NCBI GenBank assembly: GCA_028692395.1
Contig: JAQUXP010000016.1
Span: 5,600 to 69,599 of the forward strand
Origin: Lachnospiraceae bacterium
GTDB lineage: Bacteria > Bacillota > Clostridia > Lachnospirales > Lachnospiraceae
DNA length: 64,000 nt
Reading direction: 5' to 3'
A program made the position numbers and the translations under genes. Positions 53,917-63,575 of the stretch are shown here, one piece after another. The notes beneath the pieces were generated by a model. That model was not told where the DNA came from. It saw only the letters and a program-made list of their open reading frames with translations, and searched no databases. The stretch's first letter is position 1. Each line of letters begins with the position of its first letter.

Positions 53917-55695
53917 TTATAAAGCTTTCGTGATGGTGGTCATTCCGCCTACAGGGACAGGGAAGCTGTGAATTCCCGGTGTGATGGTGATACAGCTGTG
54001 TTCTAAAAGAGTTCCGGTGCACTGCCAGGTGCGCAGTTGTACTTTTGTTTCCCTGGAACAGGAGAGGTACAGGGAGGAACCGGAAGAGCCATTTAGGAAG
54101 ATACAGGTTTCCTTCTCTGACAGCGGAAGGACCAGGTTCCTGTCATAATAGGCTGTGATGCAGATCTTCTCATCCTGTGACTGAATGACCGGATAGGAGG
54201 AGAGCGGGGAATAAGCGGTAAATTCTCCGGACTGCAGTGTATCTTTATACTGAATAGAAAAGTCCAGATAATGCTGCAAAACCTGCTGCTGTGCAGGCAG
54301 AAGATCGGCAAGCCTTACGGAAATCTGCAGGGTTGCAAAGATACAGTTGATCAATTGAACTGCAACATTTTCCGGCGTTTCCTCCGGATGCCACATCAGC
54401 ATGTCCGAGTGAACGGCGGAATTGCCGCTGAGCAGACGCAGATCGGTAATTCCGACACGGTTTGTAACCGGAGAAAGGGGACAGTCACCTACACGGAAGA
54501 TATTTCCGAAGCGGCGCATCTGGGGTCCGATATAGTTTTGACGGAATTCGATCATCAGATCCTTGCGGATTCGGTGCAGGTGATGAGAAATATCCAGCAT
54601 AAGATGATACACTGCTTCCTGGATCTCAGCATAATCCATCTTGTCATTCTGCGGCGGCGTATCGGGATAATTGCGGAAGGAATCGATAAAATCCAGCTTA
54701 AATCCATCCAGATCCCAGTCTGTGGCACTTTTCTCGTAGACGGATATCAGATAGCTTCGCACCTGTGGATAGCGGGGATCCAGAATTCCTGCATTTAAAA
54801 CATCATCATAATGAAGAAGCATATTCTGAAAATCAGACCAGATGCCGGAATACTTTCCAACGAAGGGAACACTGTACCAGACGATACATCTTATCCCCAG
54901 AGAATGAAGCTCATCTATATATCCTCTAAAATCCGGAAATTTACTTTTTTCTGCATTCCAGTCCCCACAGTAGCCATATCCCCGATTGTTATCCGCAGTC
55001 TGCCAGCCATCATCAAGAAGGATTGTCTTCATCCCCAGGGAAGAAGCGATCACGCCCTCTTTCAGCAGTGACTTTTCGGCTACCTCCTGATGGTACGAGT
55101 ACCAGGTAGAGTACATGGGAAGACGGGCATCCTCAGGTGAGGGCAAAGGACGTTCCGGCAGAAGGGAATCCCACCAGGAAGAAACACTTTGGATGGCCTT
55201 GCAAAATGAAAACTGCTGCCGGTCGATACGGACAGACAGAGAATAACGGTTTACAGATTCACAGAGGTAGATCAGTGCGTCCAGATAGATCTCGCCGGTC
55301 TCCTCGTGAACCCCTGCAAGCAAAGAGATATCCCGGTTTAACTCACTGAGCGCAAAGGTGAGAACATTATTACTGCCGGAGTCGAAAAAGCAGACAATGG
55401 GACCGGAATGACTGATATTGATCTGCTTTGCGTTGCTCCAGTCACCTGTAAGATTTTTCTCAAAGCCGGCGTCCGGTCTCCATATACCTGCAATCCCCAG
55501 ATCCTTAAAAGCATAATGAATATGGATAAAAGGCCGGTCCTCGAAGGGAAGCTGGGCAATTGTGTGCAGATTGGCATGGACTGTTTCGTCAGAGAAGAGG
55601 GTATAGTGATATATTGGAATATCAGCGGTTTCCTGGTAATTAGTACTTTCTAATTTTAGTTTATTCAGTTTTACGATAAGTTCAGTGTTTTCCAT
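53917..55695 (-). CDS. glycoside hydrolase family 36-like protein (alpha-galactosidase superfamily)
   Basis: ILLDDGWQ, GFKLDFID and CIVWYS are TIM-barrel motifs reminiscent of GH36/GH27. ATG 55695 follows GGAGG. The specificity is unknown. Confidence 0.6.
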   Translation of the reverse strand: MENTELIVKLNKLKLESTNYQETADIPIYHYTLFSDETVHANLHTIAQLPFEDRPFIHIHYAFKDLGIAGIWRPDAGFEKNLTGDWSNAKQINISHSGPIVCFFDSGSNNVLTFALSELNRDISLLAGVHEETGEIYLDALIYLCESVNRYSLSVRIDRQQFSFCKAIQSVSSWWDSLLPERPLPSPEDARLPMYSTWYSYHQEVAEKSLLKEGVIASSLGMKTILLDDGWQTADNNRGYGYCGDWNAEKSKFPDFRGYIDELHSLGIRCIVWYSVPFVGKYSGIWSDFQNMLLHYDDVLNAGILDPRYPQVRSYLISVYEKSATDWDLDGFKLDFIDSFRNYPDTPPQNDKMDYAEIQEAVYHLMLDISHHLHRIRKDLMIEFRQNYIGPQMRRFGNIFRVGDCPLSPVTNRVGITDLRLLSGNSAVHSDMLMWHPEETPENVAVQLINCIFATLQISVRLADLLPAQQQVLQHYLDFSIQYKDTLQSGEFTAYSPLSSYPVIQSQDEKICITAYYDRNLVLPLSEKETCIFLNGSSGSSLYLSCSRETKVQLRTWQCTGTLLEHSCITITPGIHSFPVPVGGMTTITKAL

Positions 55696-55925
55696 ATTAT
55701 CCTCCAAATTGGTTTACTTGCATTTACTAAATTAACATATATAAAAGAAAATATCAATAGAGTTTACTAAAATAATCAAAGAAAATTGGAAGAAAGTATG
55801 TATAAATGACGAAAAAATGAAAAATATGATTGACGTGACTGTATAATTATGCTACTATAAGTTTACGAAACAAGAAGTAATGATTACTAAACACGAAAAA
55901 GTTTACTAAAAGAGAGGGATGCCAA

Positions 55926-57266
55926 ATGAAAAAGAAATTAGTAATGACAATGACGAGTATCATGACAAGTGCAGTTATTCTCGGTGGCTGTGGTGCAGCA
56001 GGAGGAGCAGGCAGCACTTCCAAAGCGGAAGATACAAAGTCTTCCTCAGAAGCAGTGAAAGGAAATTCCGGTGATGTGGTAGAGGTCAGTTACACATCCA
56101 GAGGTAATGCAGATGAAATAAAGGTTTACCAGCAGGCTGTGGATGCATTTAATGAATCTCAGGATAAGATTCACGTAACCTTCGAGGCAGCCCCGGGAGA
56201 TGGATATAATCAGCAGATGATTACACAGCTGGCAGGTGGAACTGCATCGGATGTCATCTTCGTGGAGGATACCTCTATCAGCCAGCTGATAAAAAATGGA
56301 ACCATATCTAATATGAAAGACTTTTTAGCATCGGACGCTTCCTATGTAAAAGAGGATGAATTCGATAATGGTGTATGGGGTGCTTCAAAAACAGAGGATG
56401 GCATCTATGGACTGTCTGTAGACTGTAATCCGGTCGTTATGTATTATTCTCCCAAAATGTTAAAGGATCTCGGAATGGAAGACCCACAGGAGCTTTTCGA
56501 AAAGGGAGAGTGGACCTGGGACAAGTTTGATGAGATCTGTGCTGCCTTAAAGGCAGATGGAAAGAGTGGTATGATTCAATCCGGTGATAATACACGCCTG
56601 TACAACTGGGTATTCGCAAATGGCGGATCCGTATGGGATGGTGACACCTATAAGTTTGATGATAAAGCAAAAGAAGCTCTTACCTATGTATGTGATCGTC
56701 TAAAGGATGGCAGATTTGTATACGGTGGCACCCTTCCGGATGGACAGGGAGAGGATGCGATGTTCATGTCCGGTCAGACAGGATTTATCGTTGCAGGCCG
56801 CTGGCTGACAAAAACATTTAACGAAGAAGGAATTGATTTTGACTATATTCCTTATCCAACCAAGGACGGAAGTAAATATACACCTGCTCAGGTCTGCTGT
56901 GGTTATCTCTGTGTAAATGCTAATTCCAAGCATCTGGAAGAAGCAATGGAGTTTGCATCCTTCTACTGTGGAGCAAAAGGACAGGAAGCAAGAATCCAGG
57001 GAGTTGGTACTTCTGTTCCCTCTGTCAATACCATCGACAATCTGCTGCTGGATTCCAAGGTACCGGAGCATGTAGAGCATATTCTGCAGGTGCGTGCAAG
57101 CGGATGGGCAAGCGGAAGTGATCTGGTAAAGGATGCCCTGTATCCGGGATTCGCAGATGCAGTGAAGTCTGTATTTGAAGAGGCCTATATCACCGGAGCA
57201 GATGCGGAGGATGTACTTGTCAAAGCAGAAGAAAAAGGTGCAGAAATCATAGCTGAAAATAAATAA
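55926..57266 (+). CDS. carbohydrate ABC transporter substrate-binding lipoprotein
   Basis: A lipobox (VILGGCGA) is present and the protein is SBP family 1-like. Confidence 0.85.
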   Translation: MKKKLVMTMTSIMTSAVILGGCGAAGGAGSTSKAEDTKSSSEAVKGNSGDVVEVSYTSRGNADEIKVYQQAVDAFNESQDKIHVTFEAAPGDGYNQQMITQLAGGTASDVIFVEDTSISQLIKNGTISNMKDFLASDASYVKEDEFDNGVWGASKTEDGIYGLSVDCNPVVMYYSPKMLKDLGMEDPQELFEKGEWTWDKFDEICAALKADGKSGMIQSGDNTRLYNWVFANGGSVWDGDTYKFDDKAKEALTYVCDRLKDGRFVYGGTLPDGQGEDAMFMSGQTGFIVAGRWLTKTFNEEGIDFDYIPYPTKDGSKYTPAQVCCGYLCVNANSKHLEEAMEFASFYCGAKGQEARIQGVGTSVPSVNTIDNLLLDSKVPEHVEHILQVRASGWASGSDLVKDALYPGFADAVKSVFEEAYITGADAEDVLVKAEEKGAEIIAENK

Positions 57267-57292
57267 CGAGTTTTATATAAGGGAGAAAAGCA

Positions 57293-58165
57293 ATGCAGAA
57301 AAAGCGTAGAATGTGGGGTTGGGCATTTGTGATGCCACAGCTGATAGGACTAATTATATTTGCACTGATTCCATTGGGCATGAGTTTTTTTATCAGCTTC
57401 CATTCCTGGGACGGTATCGCTGCTTCCATGGGATTTGTAGGAATCAAGAATTATATCAACCAGTTTTTTGATGCAGACTTTGTAAAGGCACTGATCAATA
57501 CCTTGCTGTATTCGGTAATGTATATCCCGATTAATATGGTATTTGCACTTTTGCTGGCACTGGCTGTTCAAAAAATAAAAGGAAAAACCCTGTATCGTCT
57601 GTTTTACTTTATGCCGGTAGTAACAGGTTCTGTTTCTGTAGGCGTGATCTGGACCTGGATCCTGAACGGAGACTTTGGACTGATGAATTCCATCCTGTCT
57701 TTCTTCGGTATCAATGGTCCAAAGTGGCTGACGGATCCATCCATGGTTCTGACCTCCATAGTCATTGTTTCTGTGTGGTGGAATGTGGGTTACAATATGG
57801 TACTTCTGCTTGCCGGGTTACAGAATATCCCGGAAGTGTATTATGAGGCAGCCCAGATTGACGGAGCAAATAAGTGGAATACATTTCGCCATATTACATT
57901 GCCGATGCTTTCTCCTACGTTGTTCTTTGTATTAATTAATACCATCATCAGCTCCTTCCAGGTATTTGATCAGGCATTTGTAATGACGCATGGCGGGCCG
58001 ATGAAGGCGAGCTATACGCTGGTTTATCATATCTACCAGAATGCATTTATCGACTTTAAGATGGGTCGTGCCTGTGCTTCTTCGATGATATTATTTGCAA
58101 TTGTTTTGATTATTACTTTAGCTCAGATGTATGGATCAAAAAGGTGGGTGAATTATGAACAGTAA
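57293..58165 (+). CDS. carbohydrate ABC transporter permease (MalF-like)
   Basis: The EAA loop reads YYEAAQIDGANKWNTFRHITLPM. Confidence 0.85.
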   Translation: MQKKRRMWGWAFVMPQLIGLIIFALIPLGMSFFISFHSWDGIAASMGFVGIKNYINQFFDADFVKALINTLLYSVMYIPINMVFALLLALAVQKIKGKTLYRLFYFMPVVTGSVSVGVIWTWILNGDFGLMNSILSFFGINGPKWLTDPSMVLTSIVIVSVWWNVGYNMVLLLAGLQNIPEVYYEAAQIDGANKWNTFRHITLPMLSPTLFFVLINTIISSFQVFDQAFVMTHGGPMKASYTLVYHIYQNAFIDFKMGRACASSMILFAIVLIITLAQMYGSKRWVNYEQ

Positions 58166-58997
58166 AAGAAAGAAAAAGATAAGCACTGGAAGAATCTTAT
58201 TGTACATCGTGTTAAGTCTTGGAGCTGTTCTGATGGTAATGCCTTTCGCATGGACCGTGTTAAGCTCTCTGAAGAATATGGGACAGACGTTTGCCATTCC
58301 CATGAAGATACTGCCGGATCCCTTCGTATGGAAGAATTATCCGGAATCCCTGGCAGCACTGCCCTTTGGACGGGCTTACTTTAACAGCTTTTACATAGCC
58401 TTTGTGGTGGTTGCCATACAGCTGATCACAGCGTCTATGGCGGGGTATGCATTTGGAAAATTAAAATTCCGTGGACATAATGTGCTGTTTATCCTCTTTT
58501 TGGCAACCATGATGATTCCTTCTCAGGTCACCATGATTCCACTGTTTATTATTATGAAGAATCTGGGATTATTAGGAACGCATATGTCCCTGATTTTACC
58601 TGCATCGCTGTTCAATGCGTTCGGAGTCTTCCTGATGCGGCAGTTTATCGCCGCACTGCCGGATGAACTGGAGGAAGCAGCAATTATAGACGGAGCCAGT
58701 ATTCCACAGATTTTCATAAAGATTATTCTGCCGCTGATCAAACCGTCTATGGCAGCATTTGGTATCTTCGTATTCCTGGGACAGTGGAACAGCTTCCTTT
58801 ATCCATTGATCTTCCTGAATAAGACAGAATCCTTTACGGTGCCGCTGCTGCTTAACTTCTTCAAGGGAACCTATGCCACAGATTATCCTCTGTTGATGGC
58901 AGGAACTGTTATTTCCATAGTGCCGGTACTGTTAGTTTATCTGTTTTTCCAAAAGCAGATCATCCAGGGTATCGCCATCACCGGTATGAAAAATTAA
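58155..58997 (+). CDS. carbohydrate ABC transporter permease (MalG-like)
   Basis: The EAA loop reads LEEAAIIDGASIPQIFIKIILPL. The gene overlaps the upstream permease by 11 nt. Confidence 0.85.
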   Translation: MNSKRKKKISTGRILLYIVLSLGAVLMVMPFAWTVLSSLKNMGQTFAIPMKILPDPFVWKNYPESLAALPFGRAYFNSFYIAFVVVAIQLITASMAGYAFGKLKFRGHNVLFILFLATMMIPSQVTMIPLFIIMKNLGLLGTHMSLILPASLFNAFGVFLMRQFIAALPDELEEAAIIDGASIPQIFIKIILPLIKPSMAAFGIFVFLGQWNSFLYPLIFLNKTESFTVPLLLNFFKGTYATDYPLLMAGTVISIVPVLLVYLFFQKQIIQGIAITGMKN

Positions 58998-59006
58998 AAA
59001 AATTAG

Positions 59007-59146
59007 ATAAAAAAGAATAGAATTTGCTAAAAACGTAAGTATACAGCACAAACTCGTTTCACTCAGACAGTGTGCTGCATACTTACAACACAAATTCTAT
59101 TCTTTTTCGTATGCTTAGGACTCCTGCAAATGTGTCTGGCAGCAGT
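59007..59146 (+). repeat. long-hairpin repeat family, copy 7 (5-prime-truncated, forward orientation, subfamily A)
   Basis: The copy starts 9 nt after the permease stop. It has the inner stems, apical loop and right junction motif, but lacks the left junction and both outer arms. Confidence 0.85.
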
Positions 59147-59263
59147 GGGAAAAGAAGTTCGCTCTTGCTGAAACAGGAAGAAACCGATACAATAGATACA
59201 GGTGATTTTAAATAGTGTTTCGAATGTAACTGGTCAGGTACTGAACAGTTAAGTTGGCAGGTA

Positions 59264-59313
59264 ACTATTCGGCGGGTTCGTGCATTTACTGCACAGACCG
59301 TAAGAAAGGATAT
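59264..59313 (+). repeat. short repeat B, copy 2 (runs into the RBS and start of the AraC gene)
   Basis: It is homologous to 18987-19037. See the matching finding. Confidence 0.6.
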
Positions 59314-60484
59314 GCTTATGTATGATCAGAACACGCTGAAAACCATATATGGACTGAGCCGTATTCCCATGGCTGTCTATACGAAGGACTGGAAGCTCCG
59401 GGAGGTTTACGCAGCGGGACAGCGCCAGGCCAGCTCCTATGAAGCCCGTCTTATGGTGCGTTTAAAAGAAGAACTGGATACACAGGTGTTTTGCTTTCTG
59501 CCCTATGAGGAGTCTGTTCCCATCGCTCTGTGTGGCTACAGGAATGGCGAAGCATATTATGTGCTTGGACCCTTTGCTTACGGCAGAACTGATAACTTTG
59601 CATGCAGGAGCTTTATACACAAAAATAAGATTGCAGAGTGCCCGCCCTGTCAGCTGGACAGCATTATCACGATTGTGCGGTTTCTGGCAGGTGAGGAGCT
59701 GTCAGAGGAACAGGATAAGGATATTCTGGATATGGTGTTACATTCCACCACCAGCGGGGAAACCCAGGACTGGATTACCAAGGAAGAACTGCGGCAGTTT
59801 GATTCCTTTCAGAAAAATCACACCTATAAGGAAGAGCAGGCTCTCTTTGCCCATATTGAAAGAGGTGAGACAGAGTATCTGCGCAGCAGGTCCAGGGAGC
59901 TGTTGCCCTCTCATCCTGTGCTTATCGAGGATCTTAAGAAGAATGAAGAATATATGGCAGTTATCAGTATCTCGCTGGCCGCAAGAGCAGCCATAGAAGG
60001 CGGTCTAGGTTCGGGGGAAGGCTTTATCAATAATGACATTTTCCTAAAGAAGCTGTCTTTATGCAAAACAGTGCTGGAGATTCAGCAGCTGGAAAAAGAA
60101 AGCATGATATATTTTGCAGAGCTGGTTGCCAGACACCGGAAAAGCAGTGCAGTCAATCAGCATGTGGAGGAATGCAAGAGGAGTATTCTTGCCAAGCGCT
60201 TTGAACCGATCTCAATTCGGGAAATTGCCGGCGAGCTCAACATTTCCCAGGAATACCTGCAAAAGCTGTTCAAAAAATACGAGGGGATCTCCATCACAGA
60301 GTACGCTGCCAACACGAAGATAGAAGCCGCCTGCAACATGCTGCGCTATTCGGACCGGAAGATACAGGAGATTGCGGAATATCTGCACTATGGAAGTGTC
60401 AGCCACTTTAGCACCGCATTTCGAAAGAGGATGAAGCAATCCCCCAGGGCATATCGGGATGAACATAAACAGACGATTTTTTGA
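59312..60484 (+). CDS. AraC family transcriptional regulator (390 aa, N-terminal domain of unknown type)
   Basis: The C-terminal HTH pair reads IREIAGELNISQEYLQKLFKKYEGISITEY...YGSVSHFSTAFRKRMKQSPRAYR. Confidence 0.8.
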   Translation: MLMYDQNTLKTIYGLSRIPMAVYTKDWKLREVYAAGQRQASSYEARLMVRLKEELDTQVFCFLPYEESVPIALCGYRNGEAYYVLGPFAYGRTDNFACRSFIHKNKIAECPPCQLDSIITIVRFLAGEELSEEQDKDILDMVLHSTTSGETQDWITKEELRQFDSFQKNHTYKEEQALFAHIERGETEYLRSRSRELLPSHPVLIEDLKKNEEYMAVISISLAARAAIEGGLGSGEGFINNDIFLKKLSLCKTVLEIQQLEKESMIYFAELVARHRKSSAVNQHVEECKRSILAKRFEPISIREIAGELNISQEYLQKLFKKYEGISITEYAANTKIEAACNMLRYSDRKIQEIAEYLHYGSVSHFSTAFRKRMKQSPRAYRDEHKQTIF

Positions 60485-60613
60485 AAATTATATCCTGATA
60501 TATAAAAGAAATATCCAGAATCATAAAAACTTTATTTTCCGGCAGCATTTACAATAAGCCTATACAGAGGACGCTGCACAGCGCAGCACAAAACCATACA
60601 GGAGGATGATAGT

Positions 60614-62656
60614 ATGAACATCTATGTAAATGCGAAAGCCGGCCGTCAGGGAAACGGCAGCAAAGAGATGCCATTTAAGCATATCAATGATGCAGCCCGG
60701 GTTGCCAAGCCGGGAGATGAAGTCTTAGTGGCACCGGGTATTTATCGTGAGTATGTCAATCCCATCTATGCCGGAACGGAAGAGGCACGTATCACCTATC
60801 GCTCCACAGAGCCGCTGGGTGCAGTGATTACCGGTGCCGAAGAGGCAAAGAACTGGACGAAGTATGAAGGGAATACCTGGGTAACACGGATTGATAATGG
60901 AATATTCGGAAATTACAATCCATATGTGGAAATTGTAGAGGGCGACTGGTATTTTTCCCCGAAGGATCCGAAGACGGGAAAATTTGTGGACATGCACAGA
61001 GGTGCGGTGTATCTGAATGATCAGATGCTCTATGAGACTACAACCCTTGCGGAATGTATCAAAGGCGAGGTATTTGCTGATTCCTGGCAGCCCGAATACT
61101 CCGTGTACAAGTGGTATAGCGAGCAGGACGGCAAGGATACCGTGATCTATGCCAACTTCCAGGGAAAAGATCCTAACGTGGAGAAGGTAGAGATTAACGT
61201 GCGCCGCAACTGCTTTATGCCAGATAAAAAAGGTGTGGGTTATATCACGCTCAGTGGATTTCAGGTAAATAAAGCAGCCACGAACTGGGCACCACCTGCA
61301 GCCTATCAGGATGGAATGATCGGTGCGCACTGGAGCAAGGGCTGGATTATCGAGGACTGCGATATTTCCAACAGTAAATGCTGTGGAATCTCCCTTGGAA
61401 ACTATCATCAGACAGAAAAAGAAAATGACAATTATTTTACAAACAAGCATGTAAAAAGCCCTACACAGATGGAGCGCGATGCGGTCTGCATCGCTCAGTA
61501 TGATGGATGGACCAAAGAAACTGTGGGTTCCCATATCGTGCGCCGCTGCCATATCCATGACTGCGGACAGACTGGTATTGTAGGACGTATGGGCTGTGTT
61601 TTCTCAATTATTGAGGACAATCACATCCATCATATCAACAACATGCAGCAGCTGACAGGGGCTGAGGTAGCCGGTATTAAGTTCCATGCGGCTATTGACG
61701 TAATCTTCCGCCGCAACCATATTCATCATTGTACCATGGGAATCTGGACAGACTGGCAGGCACAGGGAACCCGTATCACCCAGAACCTGCTTCACGACAA
61801 CTTTATCCCCGACTCCCTGCCACTGAAGGAAGGCGGCATGGGCTTTGGTATGGACCTTTTCATCGAGGTCGGGCATGGACCGATTCTGGTAGACAACAAC
61901 CTGCTGCTTTCCAGAACTGCAATCCGCTGGGCAACCCAGGGAGTGGCACTGGTACACAATCTGATTCTCGGTTCCTTCTCAGCAGTGGGCGTCGGTACAG
62001 ATATGACGGCAAATGGAAAGAACCAGCCCCGTTACACGCCTTATCATATCCCGCACCGCACAGAGGTGGCAGGCTTTATGACGATTCTCCACGGGGACAA
62101 CAGAGTTTATAATAATATCTTTGTTCAAAAATGGGATCCAAAGGAGAAGGTAACAGCGCAGCTTCAGATTCCGGAGGACGAAAAGCTGGAAGTTGGAAAC
62201 TTTGTATTTGACGATTATCCTACCTATGAAGAATGGATTCCAAAGTTCAAATTAGGAGAACGTGCAGATATGAATACCATGCACGAATTGATGAATGCAC
62301 ATTTTGACAGTCTTCCGGTATGGATCGACGGAAATGCATACTTCAATGGTGCAGCCCCATGGAAAAAAGAAAAATCGAAACTGGTAGACACGACCAATCA
62401 GGTGTCTGTGGAGCTGGTGGAAGAAGATGGAAAATACAAGGTGAAGACCAATGTATACGATTTCCTGGGAGAGTTCAGGGATGGAATGCTCTACACCGAT
62501 ATGCTGGGACTGGCGTTTGAGCCGGAAGAGCGTTACGAGAATCCGGATGGAACTGACATTATCTTTAATGAAGACTACTTCGGAAATCACCGGGGCGCAT
62601 CTGTCATTCCAGGACCTGTTGCCTGCGGCAAAGAGCTGGAGGAATACGTCTGGTAA
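60614..62656 (+). CDS. right-handed parallel beta-helix repeat protein, cytoplasmic (possibly GH120-like glycosidase)
   Basis: No signal peptide is present. The N-terminus PFKHINDAARVAKPGDEVLVAPGIYRE is typical of beta-helix/pectate-lyase-fold proteins, and repeated H-x-N/HD coil motifs follow (IIEDNHIHHINN, FRRNHIHHCTMG). The GH120 suggestion comes from architecture and context only. Confidence 0.6.
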   Translation: MNIYVNAKAGRQGNGSKEMPFKHINDAARVAKPGDEVLVAPGIYREYVNPIYAGTEEARITYRSTEPLGAVITGAEEAKNWTKYEGNTWVTRIDNGIFGNYNPYVEIVEGDWYFSPKDPKTGKFVDMHRGAVYLNDQMLYETTTLAECIKGEVFADSWQPEYSVYKWYSEQDGKDTVIYANFQGKDPNVEKVEINVRRNCFMPDKKGVGYITLSGFQVNKAATNWAPPAAYQDGMIGAHWSKGWIIEDCDISNSKCCGISLGNYHQTEKENDNYFTNKHVKSPTQMERDAVCIAQYDGWTKETVGSHIVRRCHIHDCGQTGIVGRMGCVFSIIEDNHIHHINNMQQLTGAEVAGIKFHAAIDVIFRRNHIHHCTMGIWTDWQAQGTRITQNLLHDNFIPDSLPLKEGGMGFGMDLFIEVGHGPILVDNNLLLSRTAIRWATQGVALVHNLILGSFSAVGVGTDMTANGKNQPRYTPYHIPHRTEVAGFMTILHGDNRVYNNIFVQKWDPKEKVTAQLQIPEDEKLEVGNFVFDDYPTYEEWIPKFKLGERADMNTMHELMNAHFDSLPVWIDGNAYFNGAAPWKKEKSKLVDTTNQVSVELVEEDGKYKVKTNVYDFLGEFRDGMLYTDMLGLAFEPEERYENPDGTDIIFNEDYFGNHRGASVIPGPVACGKELEEYVW

Positions 62657-62688
62657 ACAACATAACATAAACACAACATAATAACAAA

Positions 62689-62732
62689 GCATCCTGTGGC
62701 TGCCGTATTCCGGCGGGGCAGGGTGCTTTTTT
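62689..62732 (+). terminator. rho-independent terminator after the beta-helix gene
   Basis: GCATCCTGTGGCTGCCG-tattc-CGGCGGGGCAGGGTGC is followed by TTTTTT. The stem is imperfect and includes G-U pairs. Confidence 0.65.
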
Positions 62733-62852
62733 GTACCTGCCATTTCCCGGAGTGAAAATATGTAACTTTGATTGACAAAGGAAGTTTGTAGGGATTATGA
62801 TGGATGAGTGAAAATAGTCACTGCGTTTTATATGGATTCGGGAGGCATAAGC

Positions 62853-63575
62853 ATGTTTTTTTCTTGTAATGATGCAAGCATTTATTATGAAGAATATGGC
62901 AGGGAAAACACACAGACTATGATTCTGCTGCATGGAAACAGTGAGGATCACACGTACTTTAGATATCAGATTGCACATTTTCAGGAGCACTATCATGTGT
63001 ATGCGCTGGATACCAGGGGACACGGAAGAAGCACACCGGGAAAGCGGGGCTTGGATTTTGATCTGCTGGCAGACGACCTGCATGAGTTCCTGGTGAAAAA
63101 GCAGCCTGGGAAGGTGATTCTTCTGGGATTTTCTGACGGTGGAAATATCGCTATCACATATGCACTGAAGTATCCCCGGCAGGTAGAAATTATGATTCTA
63201 AATGGCGCCAATCTATGGCCCCAGGGGATGGAACCCTACGCATATCGCTCAACCATACATGGCTATCGTGTGCTGAGTGCACTGGCACCACACTGGAAAC
63301 AGGCGCAGCAAAGGCGTGAGATCTTTGGACTTATGGTGCATCATCCCCACTTTTCCACGGAGGAACTTAAAGTTCTTCGGATGCCGATTCTGGTCATCGC
63401 CGGAGAGCATGACATGATACGAAGAGAGCATACCCAGGCGATTGCAAAGGCACTGCCCAATAGCCGTCTGGTTATTATGAAAAAGGCAGATCATTTTTGT
63501 GCACGAAGATGTCCCGTTCGATTTAACAGGATTGTGGACCAGTTTTTAAAGAAGGTGAGGAAAGAAGATGAATGA
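62853..63575 (+). CDS. alpha/beta hydrolase
   Basis: LLHGNSEDH, the nucleophile elbow GFSDGG and a late DH are present. I moved the start to ATG 62853 (MFFSCNDASIYYEEYG). Confidence 0.75.
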   Translation: MFFSCNDASIYYEEYGRENTQTMILLHGNSEDHTYFRYQIAHFQEHYHVYALDTRGHGRSTPGKRGLDFDLLADDLHEFLVKKQPGKVILLGFSDGGNIAITYALKYPRQVEIMILNGANLWPQGMEPYAYRSTIHGYRVLSALAPHWKQAQQRREIFGLMVHHPHFSTEELKVLRMPILVIAGEHDMIRREHTQAIAKALPNSRLVIMKKADHFCARRCPVRFNRIVDQFLKKVRKEDE

